IMG/VR virus record: IMGVR_UViG_3300044629_000431 | Coordinates: 82,478 to 146,477 of that record | Direction: 5' to 3' (one strand) | DNA: 64,000 nt | DNA from: a virus | In this document: one piece after another, positions 54,726 through 64,000 of the stretch | How the letters are laid out: each line of letters opens with the position of its first letter | Position numbering within the stretch: the stretch's first letter is position 1 | Notes under the pieces: model-generated | The model's input: only the letters and a program-made list of their open reading frames with translations | What the model was told of the DNA's origin: nothing | Databases searched by the model: none | Program-made: the position numbers and the translations under genes

Positions 54726-55994
54726 TCATAATTCAGCATCAGCAACATATGTGAAAGATAATCCAAATGATGTAGAGGCACCATCATTACCCCATCCATG
54801 AGAAGTTGTTCGAACATTTTGTGCTGCAATTGATACAGATGCTCCGCCAGAATTTGTAACATTACTATATGTCATCGTGGGAGCAGTTCTTTTAGAAGTC
54901 ACAAACGGTTGGCCTGCTCTAATATATGCACTATGGTATCCAGTGGAAGACCAAATTATACCGTCACTAGTTTCATAATATCTCTGACATAATGCCAGTT
55001 CTTGTCCATAACTTCTTCTTTCAAACGGAGTCGCAACAGTGCCGGATTCTAACTGAACTCCTGTAAGATACCAAGTCGCACCGTTAGTTTGTACTAATTT
55101 AGTAACTCCCGTCCCACCAAAAACGTTTTGCCCATAAGTCCAGGTATTTGTAGTTGTAGTGTACGTTGTACCATTTCCCATATCAAAATAAATTCCCAAT
55201 CCAGCAGTATTATCAGTTGGCCAAGTACCAGATGTTGGACCAGGAACGGTCATTGCCTTGTATTCCCAGGTATTGGCACTATTAATTGTATAAGTTGCTG
55301 GATAATTTCCTGCTCCTTGAATGACCAAAGAAACGGAATAAGTTCCAGTTACACTTGAACGAACCCAAAAAGATAAAGTTACTGGTTTAGCATTAGCAGT
55401 TCCCCACATTAAGTCGGCAACATTATATCCTTCAATATATTGCCTTACAATATTATAATCACTAGATGCAACAACTCCATCTGTAGAAGTTACGGTAAAT
55501 AATAATGAACTTGTAAACCCTACTGGTGCAGTTCCACTTCTTTGAATGGTATATGCTTTATTATTAGAATTTTTAGTACCATCCCACCTATCTACTGTAT
55601 ATGTTTGTCCAGAAGTAAGTGTAGTAAAGGTAACTGCTGATCCATTATTTCTCTGATCCAGCCTCATATCTCCATTAATTATTCTATTCCGGGCACCGGA
55701 GATAGGACCATCATTCACAGAACCAATATAAGCAGTGGTAATACCAGCAGTTGTTACACCTACGATATTTGTTGCTCTTAATGTTGTGACAGTCGTGACA
55801 CCACTTGTTGCGTTTACGTTACCGCTAAAAGTCGCAGCGGTCACAATACCACTAACACTTACATTGCCAGCACTATCAGAACCTACAAGTCTTGTATTGC
55901 CTGATGGTAGTTCAAGCGTGTTGTTTCCTGCTGCATTTGGAGCAGCAATTTCAACATATCCACTTGAATCACCAACAATACGTATCTTAGCCAT
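54726..55994 (-). CDS. Tail fibre with carbohydrate-binding-like domain
   Basis: RNRIINGDM..DQR...VDRW...GVQLE.GTVATPFERR.YGQELALCQRYY. Confidence 0.8.
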   Translation of the reverse strand: MAKIRIVGDSSGYVEIAAPNAAGNNTLELPSGNTRLVGSDSAGNVSVSGIVTAATFSGNVNATSGVTTVTTLRATNIVGVTTAGITTAYIGSVNDGPISGARNRIINGDMRLDQRNNGSAVTFTTLTSGQTYTVDRWDGTKNSNNKAYTIQRSGTAPVGFTSSLLFTVTSTDGVVASSDYNIVRQYIEGYNVADLMWGTANAKPVTLSFWVRSSVTGTYSVSLVIQGAGNYPATYTINSANTWEYKAMTVPGPTSGTWPTDNTAGLGIYFDMGNGTTYTTTTNTWTYGQNVFGGTGVTKLVQTNGATWYLTGVQLESGTVATPFERRSYGQELALCQRYYETSDGIIWSSTGYHSAYIRAGQPFVTSKRTAPTMTYSNVTNSGGASVSIAAQNVRTTSHGWGNDGASTSFGLSFTYVADAEL

Positions 55995-56018
55995 TAGGTA
56001 TTATAGTTTTTTATGTAT

Positions 56019-56351
56019 TTATTCTGATTTAGGATACTTTAACTTGACTTCTTCACATTTAGCATAATACTCATCAAGTTTTGTAGTATCGCCTTTCGAT
56101 GCCCAATAACAAGCATCAACATAGTCAGTTATAGGTGGATATTCTGGCACTCTTTGCCTTTGATATTCTTTCTGATTATATTCTGTTTGAAGTCTTTCTA
56201 TTTCTAGATTAACTTCTTCTTCTGTTGGTTTCTTTTGACCACCTTCTGATACTGGTGGTTCTGACCATTCAATATCTCCATAGGAGTTTCCTCTTAAAGT
56301 CCATGATGCTCCTGGACAAATAGAAAAAAGTGCTTCTGGTATTGAAATCAT
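56019..56351 (-). CDS. Fibre assembly-chaperone-like protein
   Basis: AL.S.CPGA.W...EYQRQR..EYP...VKLKYPK. Confidence 0.75.
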   Translation of the reverse strand: MISIPEALFSICPGASWTLRGNSYGDIEWSEPPVSEGGQKKPTEEEVNLEIERLQTEYNQKEYQRQRVPEYPPITDYVDACYWASKGDTTKLDEYYAKCEEVKLKYPKSE

Positions 56352-57040
56352 GCCGCTATCTCCATTAAGATTAAAGAAGAAAAAGTTCCTTGATATGGTG
56401 GTGGATTCACTGCGAATCCTGGAGTCGCTTGATAAGCAAGTATTTTTGGAGTATAAGTTACGCTTGTAGATCCTGGAGTATCAAGGTTCATAATCGTAAA
56501 TTGAGTTCTTAATGTATTGCTGTCATAACCAGATCCAAGATTGGCACTATCATATTCCCAATGCATATATGCAGAAGAAGTTGAATCTCTAGTTAATGCA
56601 GTCGATCCTCTGTAAAGAGCAATCGCACCCACTCCAGAAACTCCATAATTTACAAGAACCAAAACTTTATTTGATGAAGATGATAAAGTTATTGATTGAG
56701 ATTCAATATCAGTCCAAGATGAAGTATTTGTGGTTAAAACTTGCGTAGTTAAATTTTTAGTTATAACTTGAAGAACACTTCCAGTGGTATTCAGGATAGG
56801 TTTTCCAGCAGTGGTTTGAATCGCACCTGTCTGTAGCGTAGTTATAGTAGAAACACCACTAGAACTTACATTACCTGTTACATTACCAGTTATGTTACCA
56901 GTTATGTTACCAGTTATGTTACCGACAACGTTGCCAGTCAAATTCCCAACAAAACCACTTGAAGCAGTAACAACACCAACAACATTCAATCCTTGGTCAA
57001 TACCAGTTACAGCACCATCTCCACTAATAGATACAGACAT
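56348..57040 (-). CDS. Short tail fibre
   Basis: GN(I/V)T repeats; GSVLQV...SSSNKVLV...LMEIAA. Confidence 0.78.
   Translation of the reverse strand: MSVSISGDGAVTGIDQGLNVVGVVTASSGFVGNLTGNVVGNITGNITGNITGNVTGNVSSSGVSTITTLQTGAIQTTAGKPILNTTGSVLQVITKNLTTQVLTTNTSSWTDIESQSITLSSSSNKVLVLVNYGVSGVGAIALYRGSTALTRDSTSSAYMHWEYDSANLGSGYDSNTLRTQFTIMNLDTPGSTSVTYTPKILAYQATPGFAVNPPPYQGTFSSLILMEIAA
56866..56940. repeat. 12-bp tandem repeat (TTACCAGTTATG-like) encoding GN(I/V)T
   Basis: 3 perfect plus several degenerate copies. Confidence 0.7.
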
Positions 57041-57052
57041 TTGTTTATCTCC

Positions 57053-57553
57053 TTATACTACGGTCCAAACGGAACCTGATGGTATCGTGACCACGACTCC
57101 TGCGTTCAAAGTGATCGGTCCGGCACTCATCGCATTCTTTCCTGACGTGATCTGATATGAGGCAGTCACACTCGTATCATTCTCATAAAAGACTGCATTA
57201 CCACTTGCACCTGACGCACCACCAAAACCGCCCCAGGCAGCAGCATAACCTTCAAACTGTTGGTTCTCGGTATTATAACGAATCATTCCAGGAACAGGAG
57301 TACCAGGTCTCTCTGATGATGTTCCTTTCGCAATTAAAATATGAGAAGTCGTTGTAAAACCAGCATTTCCAGTAACGGTAAGAACACCGACTGTGCTGAC
57401 TCCACTAACGACTAAACTATTGGTTCTTACATGTGCAGTTGATGCCGCACCAGTAATGATAGGAACATTTAGAACACCTGTAATGTTTAGGTTTTCTAAT
57501 GTTACCGTTCCTGTGCTCCCAATACCAGCGGCGGCAATCTTGGTAAAAGCCAT
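57053..57553 (-). CDS. Fibre anchor/adaptor protein
   Basis: GMIRYNT...FEGY; C-terminal KNAMSAGPITL...TIPSGSVWTVV. Confidence 0.72.
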   Translation of the reverse strand: MAFTKIAAAGIGSTGTVTLENLNITGVLNVPIITGAASTAHVRTNSLVVSGVSTVGVLTVTGNAGFTTTSHILIAKGTSSERPGTPVPGMIRYNTENQQFEGYAAAWGGFGGASGASGNAVFYENDTSVTASYQITSGKNAMSAGPITLNAGVVVTIPSGSVWTVV

Positions 57554-57575
57554 CTATATGATGTTTTTCTTTTAT

Positions 57576-58106
57576 TTATCGCACTAACATATCCCAAGAA
57601 GTTACAACACGCTCTTTGTTACTTGCGTTTGACTGTGCGTAATGTAAAAGCACACTTGGAACAATATACATCACTCCTTCTTTGGCATCAGGAGCAAAAG
57701 CAAGTTGTGTGGTATCACTTACAGGGTCATTCCAGGGTCCAACAAATACCGTTGGTTTATGAACTTTCTCATCGTACTCAACATATAAGATACCACTGTA
57801 ACCGTGACTACGATGGTTGTGTACGGTCTGATAGTCTTCTTTCTTATATTTGATGGTCCAGATGTCGGTGATCTGATACTCTGAAACACCAGACTCTTCA
57901 CAGAACTTTTTCAGTTCTTCATTGAAGAGCATATCAAAGTCCAGAGCATAACTTCTGCCGTCCTTCTGGCGGTCTGTATAAAAGTGTTGAAGACCTTTCT
58001 TTTCAAAGTTCTTTCTTTCAATCTTCTTATACAGTGCCGCCTTTTTTCTGGACCAGTCTTCTACCTCATAACGGTAGATGGGTACAAAGAATAGGGGGTG
58101 TATCAT
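57576..58106 (-). CDS. Putative 2OG-Fe(II) oxygenase (TIGR02466-like)
   Basis: HNH...SGILY...EG....PS.LLH...R.V.SW. Confidence 0.8.
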   Translation of the reverse strand: MIHPLFFVPIYRYEVEDWSRKKAALYKKIERKNFEKKGLQHFYTDRQKDGRSYALDFDMLFNEELKKFCEESGVSEYQITDIWTIKYKKEDYQTVHNHRSHGYSGILYVEYDEKVHKPTVFVGPWNDPVSDTTQLAFAPDAKEGVMYIVPSVLLHYAQSNASNKERVVTSWDMLVR

Positions 58107-58814
58107 TCAGCGAACTGCGTCAAAAGCACAGTGACAGAAAGGACCATTAGCATCCACGTAGTGAAGGAAGATCTGATGGTGGTAAGTATCATCAGGAAGT
58201 TTTCTAATCTTTCTCCACAGTCTTTGACGCCTTCCATATGCGGAAGGAAGTGGGTCACGCCAGTGTTCTCTTTCACAACCCTTATAAACCGCTGCGTCAC
58301 CATCATTCATCAATACACAACTTTCAGAACCATCAGGACGCTCAAACCAAATGGGCCAAGGATCATTAGGATGATTGGAACTGATTTGAAGAGTCACACT
58401 GACTTCACAAGCAGGACGGTCACTATGGCGCTTTAACTGTTGTCCAACAAAATAGAAACGGTCATAGAAATAAGTTGGGTGAAGGTCCATTTCAAGACGC
58501 TTTTCTATTTCTTTCTTGACCAGAAAGTGTAGTTCACGATAGGTCGGAATATTATAACGGGCAAGTGAACCATTGACTTGCTTCTCATCAGGACAGTAAT
58601 CATACTTGTCCATTCTGTTATTATAATAAGTTATTTGTCCGCGTTCTGCTGGTACATCAACCTTTAAGTTTTGTGGGTCAGCAATGAGACCTGGAATGAA
58701 TAAGTATCCATTCTTTTCAAAGGACTCATTCTTGGACATCTTACGAGGAGGCATCGCACAACGCTGATACCCTTCCTCATAGACTCCACCAGTGGACTTA
58801 TATTCTTTACTCAT
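58107..58814 (-). CDS. 2OG-Fe(II) oxygenase-like protein
   Basis: RHSDRPACEVSVTL...GDA.VYKGC..EHWR...QIFLHYV. Confidence 0.75.
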   Translation of the reverse strand: MSKEYKSTGGVYEEGYQRCAMPPRKMSKNESFEKNGYLFIPGLIADPQNLKVDVPAERGQITYYNNRMDKYDYCPDEKQVNGSLARYNIPTYRELHFLVKKEIEKRLEMDLHPTYFYDRFYFVGQQLKRHSDRPACEVSVTLQISSNHPNDPWPIWFERPDGSESCVLMNDGDAAVYKGCEREHWRDPLPSAYGRRQRLWRKIRKLPDDTYHHQIFLHYVDANGPFCHCAFDAVR

Positions 58815-58817
58815 AAC

Positions 58818-59435
58818 TCACCTCCAACGGGGTCCAACCACCCAACCTACAAGGCTCTTACGCATACCAGACTTGACCTTACGAACTCGGTGAGGAGTGC
58901 GTGAGTCAAACAAAATCAGAGTGCCTCTCTGCTTGGGAGCAAAATAGGTCTTGCGTCCATTATCCATAAACTGAACTTCACCACCAGTATAGTCTTCTGG
59001 GTCTGATAGTTGCAGTGAGAAGGAAAGTTTTCTTACATACTCACCCTGAACCGTCATCAGGTCCTGGGCAATGTTGGTGCCAGAACTGACGATTTGTTGA
59101 GGTTTATAGGCAGTATCAATACCAGCATCAATATGCCAGTCATAAAACTGTCCAGCACCATATTGAGTGTATTGAATACTTTCGCCATCAATCGCAGTCA
59201 GGTCATACAGAAAATTTTCTCTGTTGGTTCTCTGAATATAATGCCAGATAAAACCACCGACCCAGTGAGAGGTGGGAATCCAAGCATTCTTGCTATCACG
59301 GATGACTTTATCTACTGCGTCTCCGTGAAGTCTGGACTCTTGTGCGATGGGGTCAAACTTCTTGATATCTTCTTCAAGAATTTCTATAATATCTTTGGGT
59401 AAGTCAGTCGTGTACCACGTCGTAAGAAATGACAT
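58818..59435 (-). CDS. 2OG-Fe(II) oxygenase (P4H/PKHD-type)
   Basis: YDWHID...RKLSFSLQLSDPEDYTGGE...HRV..V.SG.RKSLVGW. Confidence 0.9.
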   Translation of the reverse strand: MSFLTTWYTTDLPKDIIEILEEDIKKFDPIAQESRLHGDAVDKVIRDSKNAWIPTSHWVGGFIWHYIQRTNRENFLYDLTAIDGESIQYTQYGAGQFYDWHIDAGIDTAYKPQQIVSSGTNIAQDLMTVQGEYVRKLSFSLQLSDPEDYTGGEVQFMDNGRKTYFAPKQRGTLILFDSRTPHRVRKVKSGMRKSLVGWVVGPRWR

Positions 59436-59466
59436 AAAAGAATAATGTGTTTCAGTTTTATTATAT

Positions 59467-59475
59467 ATTATACCA
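59467..59475 (-). promoter_or_regulatory. Extended -10 promoter for the oxygenase trio
   Basis: TGGTATAAT about 30 nt upstream of ATG 59435. Confidence 0.5.
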
Positions 59476-59489
59476 CAAGAAGTGATGTT

Positions 59490-61685
59490 TTATGATGGGT
59501 AAGCAATGATGACGATACCAGAACCACCAGAACCACTACCTCTTCCACCTGGTGATGGGGCTGGAGATAATTGACCAGCACCGCCGCCACCGGCACCAGT
59601 ATTTGTTAGACCATTTCCGGCAGTTTGAGAGCTTCCATCACCACCAGGACCACCACCAGCATAAGGTCCACCAGGTCCACCACCAGAACCTCCAGGTCCA
59701 ATTGCCACAGGGCTTGGGAAAGATGAAGATCCACCTCCACCTCCACCACCAGCAACCCAATATCCACCACCACCAGGACCAGGAGCACCTACTGATGATT
59801 TTGGATCTCTAAATGTTGCTGGCAATTGAATTCCAGGTCCACCGTAACCAGCAAGTTTTGGACTATTTGAACCAGCTAGACCTCCTCCGCCAGCACCACC
59901 GCCGCCGCCGCCACCACCATCGGGAGGATATGAAGCACCTCCTCCGCCAGTAAAACCTTGTCCAGGTACAGCTGGTCCTGGTCCCCCACCAACTGGATTA
60001 CCAGATCCACCGCCACCACCAGAACCACCAGGACCACCAGCAGCATTATATGCGCCACCATATCCCCCACCAGTTGCTGAATATGGTCCAGATGGATGAG
60101 TTATTGAACTGTTTCCCCCTTGCGAACCTGATGATGTACTTCCTGATGCAAGTCCAGCACCCCCAGATCCTACAGTAATTGTATAAGATGATGGTGCTGG
60201 AAAGGCAATTGATGGTTGTAAATTATATCCACCTGCTCCACCACCACCAGAAAGAATATTGCCACCGCCACTTCCGCCGCCAGCAACTATAACTACTTCT
60301 GCTGATGGAATTGCTGATATTGTTTGGAAAGTCCCCGTAGATGTAAAGGTGTGGATGATCTTACCATTATAATAACTAATAAGACCACCAGTTGCTTTTG
60401 CGGTTGCTGCTAAGTTTCCAATTTGATAACGGACGACTACGATACCTGAACCACCGGAACCACTAGCTAATGGTCCTCCCGATGGTCCTCCATATCCACC
60501 CCCACCACCACCGCCAGTGGAATAAGTTCCACTTGTTGCTGCTACTGCATTTTCTCCACCATTTCCACCGCCACCAGATCCTCCAATTCCCCGTGTACCA
60601 GGATCTGGAGTACCGAATATAGATACACCACCACCTCCTCCTCCAGCGTAAGGTGCTGTTATTCCAGTAATAGATGATGATGTTCCAGAACCACCTGGAC
60701 CTCCAAGGCTCGCAGTTCCGCTAGTTCCAGAACTACCAGCACCTCCTCCTCCACTAGCTCCATAAACACCTGAGCCGCCAGATTGGGTTCCACCAGGATT
60801 TCCTTGTGGTGGTGCTGTTGGTGGTGTATTTCCAGTTCCACCTGCCCATCCGGGCCAACGTCCTCCACCACCAGAACCACCTGGATCTCCAAATCCACTT
60901 GAACCACCACCTCCACCGCCGCCAGTAGAAGTAATGGTGGTTATAGTTGGATTTGCGATGGAGGACGAACTTCCTGGATTTCCATTGAATTGTGAGAGCG
61001 GTGCCGGTGGCGATGATACAACAGAATTACCACCAGCACCGACAGTAATTGTATAAGAACCAGGAGAAGCACTTACAGGTAATCCAGTACCAGTTCTAAA
61101 ACCTCCTGCTCCACCGCCGCCTCCACCAACTGAAACGACAGACGCTCCAGAACCACCTCCCGCAACTACAAGGTATTCAACAGTATTATTAGTTCCAGGA
61201 GCACGAGAAACAGTAAAAGTTCCAGACGATGTAAAAATATGTGCTCTATAAAGAACTCCACTTTGAGTATAGTCACTTATAGTTCCACCCGTCGCATTAA
61301 TATATTCCCCACCACCAACTATAACCCATTCTCCACCTGTCCATATTTCTAAATTTTTAGTGTCCGAATTATAAACAAGAGTTCCCGACGCAGTTCCAAT
61401 ACCAGCATTACGTCCTGTGGTCGTTGTAGCACCAATACCAATACTTGTTTCTCTTAAAAACGTATTGCCAACATTGATACCACCAGAAAACGTAGAGACC
61501 CCAGAAGTGTTTACTGTTCCAGTTACATTTCCAGTTACATTACCCGTTAAGTTTCCAGTGATACTCGTCGCACTCAAAATACCGACCGTTGTGATACCTG
61601 AAAGAACCACACCAGTATCACTGAATGTTACGGTGCTTAATCCACTTCGGTTTTGTATTTGATTGACACGAATTTCAGAAGCCAT
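59490..61685 (-). CDS. Gly-rich fibre/adhesin protein (two glycine-rich domains)
   Basis: Same architecture; ends GSGIVIIAYPS. Confidence 0.8.
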   Translation of the reverse strand: MASEIRVNQIQNRSGLSTVTFSDTGVVLSGITTVGILSATSITGNLTGNVTGNVTGTVNTSGVSTFSGGINVGNTFLRETSIGIGATTTTGRNAGIGTASGTLVYNSDTKNLEIWTGGEWVIVGGGEYINATGGTISDYTQSGVLYRAHIFTSSGTFTVSRAPGTNNTVEYLVVAGGGSGASVVSVGGGGGGAGGFRTGTGLPVSASPGSYTITVGAGGNSVVSSPPAPLSQFNGNPGSSSSIANPTITTITSTGGGGGGGSSGFGDPGGSGGGGRWPGWAGGTGNTPPTAPPQGNPGGTQSGGSGVYGASGGGGAGSSGTSGTASLGGPGGSGTSSSITGITAPYAGGGGGGVSIFGTPDPGTRGIGGSGGGGNGGENAVAATSGTYSTGGGGGGGYGGPSGGPLASGSGGSGIVVVRYQIGNLAATAKATGGLISYYNGKIIHTFTSTGTFQTISAIPSAEVVIVAGGGSGGGNILSGGGGAGGYNLQPSIAFPAPSSYTITVGSGGAGLASGSTSSGSQGGNSSITHPSGPYSATGGGYGGAYNAAGGPGGSGGGGGSGNPVGGGPGPAVPGQGFTGGGGASYPPDGGGGGGGGAGGGGLAGSNSPKLAGYGGPGIQLPATFRDPKSSVGAPGPGGGGYWVAGGGGGGGSSSFPSPVAIGPGGSGGGPGGPYAGGGPGGDGSSQTAGNGLTNTGAGGGGAGQLSPAPSPGGRGSGSGGSGIVIIAYPS

Positions 61686-61705
61686 TATGGTTTTTTAGGT
61701 ATTTA

Positions 61706-63889
61706 TTATGATGGATAGGCGATGATGACGATACCGGAACCACCAGCAGCACCATTTCCACCCAAACTACCTGGAGGTCCATCATTTCCTCCTCCTCCTC
61801 CACCGCCGCCGAGATTGACGCTTCCAACTACTCCTGGTGTTGTTCCAGTACCACCAGCACCTCCTCCACCAGATCCGCCCGATGGTTGGGGATTAGATGG
61901 TGGTGCATTACCAATACCACCAGCTCCACCACCGGCATAAGTTACTGATGTTCCAGAAATAGCAGATGCTGTTCCGTTTCCACCACCACCTGTTCCAAAA
62001 GAACCAGTTCCATTTGAACCTGCTCCACCAGCTCCGCCACCACCACCGGCAGTATAAGCAGGACCTCCAGTATCTGCAGTCCCACCATTATTTCCTTGTG
62101 GTGGTGATACTGGTGGGGTATTTCCAGTTCCCGCAGTTCCTCCATAAGCAGCACCACCAGCACTTCCACCAGGTTGTCCATTTTGACTTGGAGGACCATA
62201 ACAACCACCAGCTCCACCACCAGTTGAAGTTATTGTACTGAATATAGATGGAGTTCCAGAAGAACTTAATGTTCCTGATGGAGCAATGCTTCCATTTCCT
62301 CCACCACCAACTTGAATGGGATAAACACCAGGAGAAGCACTTACAGGTAATCCAGTACCAGTTCTAAAACCTCCTGCTCCACCGCCACCACCATTTCCAA
62401 TATTGGATACTGATAATCCAGCACCACCACCTCCACCACCTGCAACTACAAGATAGTCAACGGAAGTTAAACTAGGGTTAGTAATCGTAAAAGTTCCTGA
62501 TGATAAGAAGGTGTGAACTGTTGTGGTTGGTGTATAAGAAATTACACCACCAGTTGCTTTTGCTGTGGTTTTAAGCGTTCCAATAGGGTAACGGACGACT
62601 ACGATGCCAGAGCCACCATTACCACCAAGTAATCCAGCACCTGGATTACTGGTTCCACCAGCACCACCGCCTCCGCCACCAGTAGAATAAGTTCCACTAC
62701 TTCCAGGTCCAGTTCCAGTACCGTCGCCAGCTCCACCACCAGCATATGGTCCACCTGGTCCACCACCAGGTCCTGGAGTATTGGGTCCAACACCACCACC
62801 GCCACCGCCGCCGGCAAACCATTGAGTTCCACCACCAGGTCCAGGTGCTCCAATGGAAGGAGAAATTTGAACTTGAGATCCAACTCCACCATAACCACCT
62901 GTAGGCTGTGGAGCAGACTGTCCTGCGCCACCAGCACCACCGCCACCACCGCCTGCATCATTTCCACCAGCATCATTTCCAGCACCGCCAGGATTTCCTT
63001 GTGGTGGAGATGTTGGTGGAGTATTTCCTGTTCCACCTGGTTGAACACCACCATTTCCTCCACCACCGCCGCCAGAACCACCTGGACTTCCTTGGTGTGT
63101 TGTTAAAGCAGTAGGAGCATTATAACCATGACCGCCACCACCACCACCATCAACAGTAACAGTGGTTATAAGTGGATTTGCAATAGAAGAAGAAGATCCA
63201 TTTGTGCCTCTTCCACCTGGAGCTGCTCCAAGACCACCATTACCACCAGCACCTACTGTTACAGTATAAGAACCTGGTGCTGACGACACCAAAAGTGTTG
63301 ATCCTGCTAATGGATGTCCAGAAAGACTAGTTCTTAAACCACCGGCGCCGCCGCCACCACCACCACCCGAATTCGTTCCACCAGCACCGCCACCGCCACC
63401 TCCAGCGACTACAAGGTATTCAACACTACTATTTGCTGGTGGAGCACTATTGACTGTAAAAGTTCCTGATGATGTAAAAATATGAGCCCTATAAACAGTT
63501 CCACTTTCAGTGTAGTCACTTATGGTTCCACCAGTGGCATCAATATAGTTTTCTCCAACGTTTCTCCATCTTACTCCATCCCATATTTCAACTCCTTTGG
63601 TATCAGAGTTAAATACAAGAGTTCCAGTAGCAGTCCCTATACCGGCATTGCGTCCTGTGGTCGTTGTAGCACCTAAACCAACACCAGAACTACTAATAAA
63701 TTTATCACCGACCGTAATACTAGTTTGTATTCCAGATATCTGACCAGTGACATTACCTGTTAAATTACCACTAAAAGACGTAGCAGTAACTCTATCAGTT
63801 CCGATTGATACATTGTTTCCAACAGTAATTGAACTCGCTACCGAGATCGTACTAACACCAGAAATACTGTTGAAATTAATGATTGCCAT
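61706..63889 (-). CDS. Gly-rich fibre/adhesin protein (two glycine-rich domains)
   Basis: Same architecture; ends GSGIVIIAYPS. Confidence 0.8.
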   Translation of the reverse strand: MAIINFNSISGVSTISVASSITVGNNVSIGTDRVTATSFSGNLTGNVTGQISGIQTSITVGDKFISSSGVGLGATTTTGRNAGIGTATGTLVFNSDTKGVEIWDGVRWRNVGENYIDATGGTISDYTESGTVYRAHIFTSSGTFTVNSAPPANSSVEYLVVAGGGGGGAGGTNSGGGGGGGAGGLRTSLSGHPLAGSTLLVSSAPGSYTVTVGAGGNGGLGAAPGGRGTNGSSSSIANPLITTVTVDGGGGGGHGYNAPTALTTHQGSPGGSGGGGGGNGGVQPGGTGNTPPTSPPQGNPGGAGNDAGGNDAGGGGGGAGGAGQSAPQPTGGYGGVGSQVQISPSIGAPGPGGGTQWFAGGGGGGGVGPNTPGPGGGPGGPYAGGGAGDGTGTGPGSSGTYSTGGGGGGAGGTSNPGAGLLGGNGGSGIVVVRYPIGTLKTTAKATGGVISYTPTTTVHTFLSSGTFTITNPSLTSVDYLVVAGGGGGGAGLSVSNIGNGGGGGAGGFRTGTGLPVSASPGVYPIQVGGGGNGSIAPSGTLSSSGTPSIFSTITSTGGGAGGCYGPPSQNGQPGGSAGGAAYGGTAGTGNTPPVSPPQGNNGGTADTGGPAYTAGGGGGAGGAGSNGTGSFGTGGGGNGTASAISGTSVTYAGGGAGGIGNAPPSNPQPSGGSGGGGAGGTGTTPGVVGSVNLGGGGGGGGNDGPPGSLGGNGAAGGSGIVIIAYPS

Positions 63890-63922
63890 CTATCTTATAA
63901 TAAGACTTCCAGTTTTGAATAT

Positions 63923-64000
63923 TTATACGACGACCCAAACTCCATCAATCGTCAGAGAACCATTGACATTCACAGGTCCTGCCATCAGACCATTAAAGTT
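63923..64000 (-). CDS. C-terminus of a fibre anchor/adaptor protein (truncated by the window end)
   Basis: ...NFNGLMAGPVNVNGSLTIDGVWVVV*, the same motif as in 57053..57553. Confidence 0.65.
   Translation of the reverse strand, partial: NFNGLMAGPVNVNGSLTIDGVWVVV

Noticed and set aside
43415-63114. Many Pro-rich, His-rich or Val-rich short ORFs in alternative frames
   Set aside because: Frame and antisense artefacts of GGT/GGA-rich polyglycine coding sequence
43399-63889. Possible diversity-generating retroelement among the repeated fibre segments
   Set aside because: No reverse transcriptase in the window; differences between repeats are synonymous and not adenine-specific

Overview
64 kb of a T4-like cyanophage (cyanomyovirus, probably freshwater Synechococcus-type) genome, almost all on the minus strand. 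In window order: (1) a truncated SF2 helicase and a tail-fibre gene. (2) An AT-rich, translationally coupled operon of modifying enzymes: 2 paralogous SAM methyltransferases, 2 paralogous unknown proteins and 4 Fe/2OG oxygenases, next to a gp38-like Gly-rich adhesin and a 1871-aa S74-chaperoned fibre. (3) A tRNA cluster (Leu-UAA, CAU, Ile-UAU) with two unexplained ~80-nt structured RNAs, a frameshifted HNH endonuclease and an orphan Phd/YefM-like protein. (4) T4 core baseplate, tail and replication genes (gp5, gp51, gp26, gp54-like, gp4, gp2-like, gp48, gp53, Mom-like, gp32, gp59, gp33, exonuclease, phoH, thyX, glutaredoxin). (5) A candidate nitrogen-sensing microprotein operon: an NtcA-type box, a sigma70 promoter, and two tandem glnA (glutamine-I) riboswitch-like aptamers whose P2 stems each enclose a small ORF, upstream of DUF4278-type Gln-rich microproteins. 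(6) A stand-alone sRNA candidate with back-to-back promoters. (7) A 25-kb hypervariable fibre island with six paralogous Gly-rich fibre proteins, C1q-like fibres, adaptor-like miniproteins, a sulfotransferase and three 2OG oxygenases. All calls come from reading the sequence by eye; no searches or folding programs were run.
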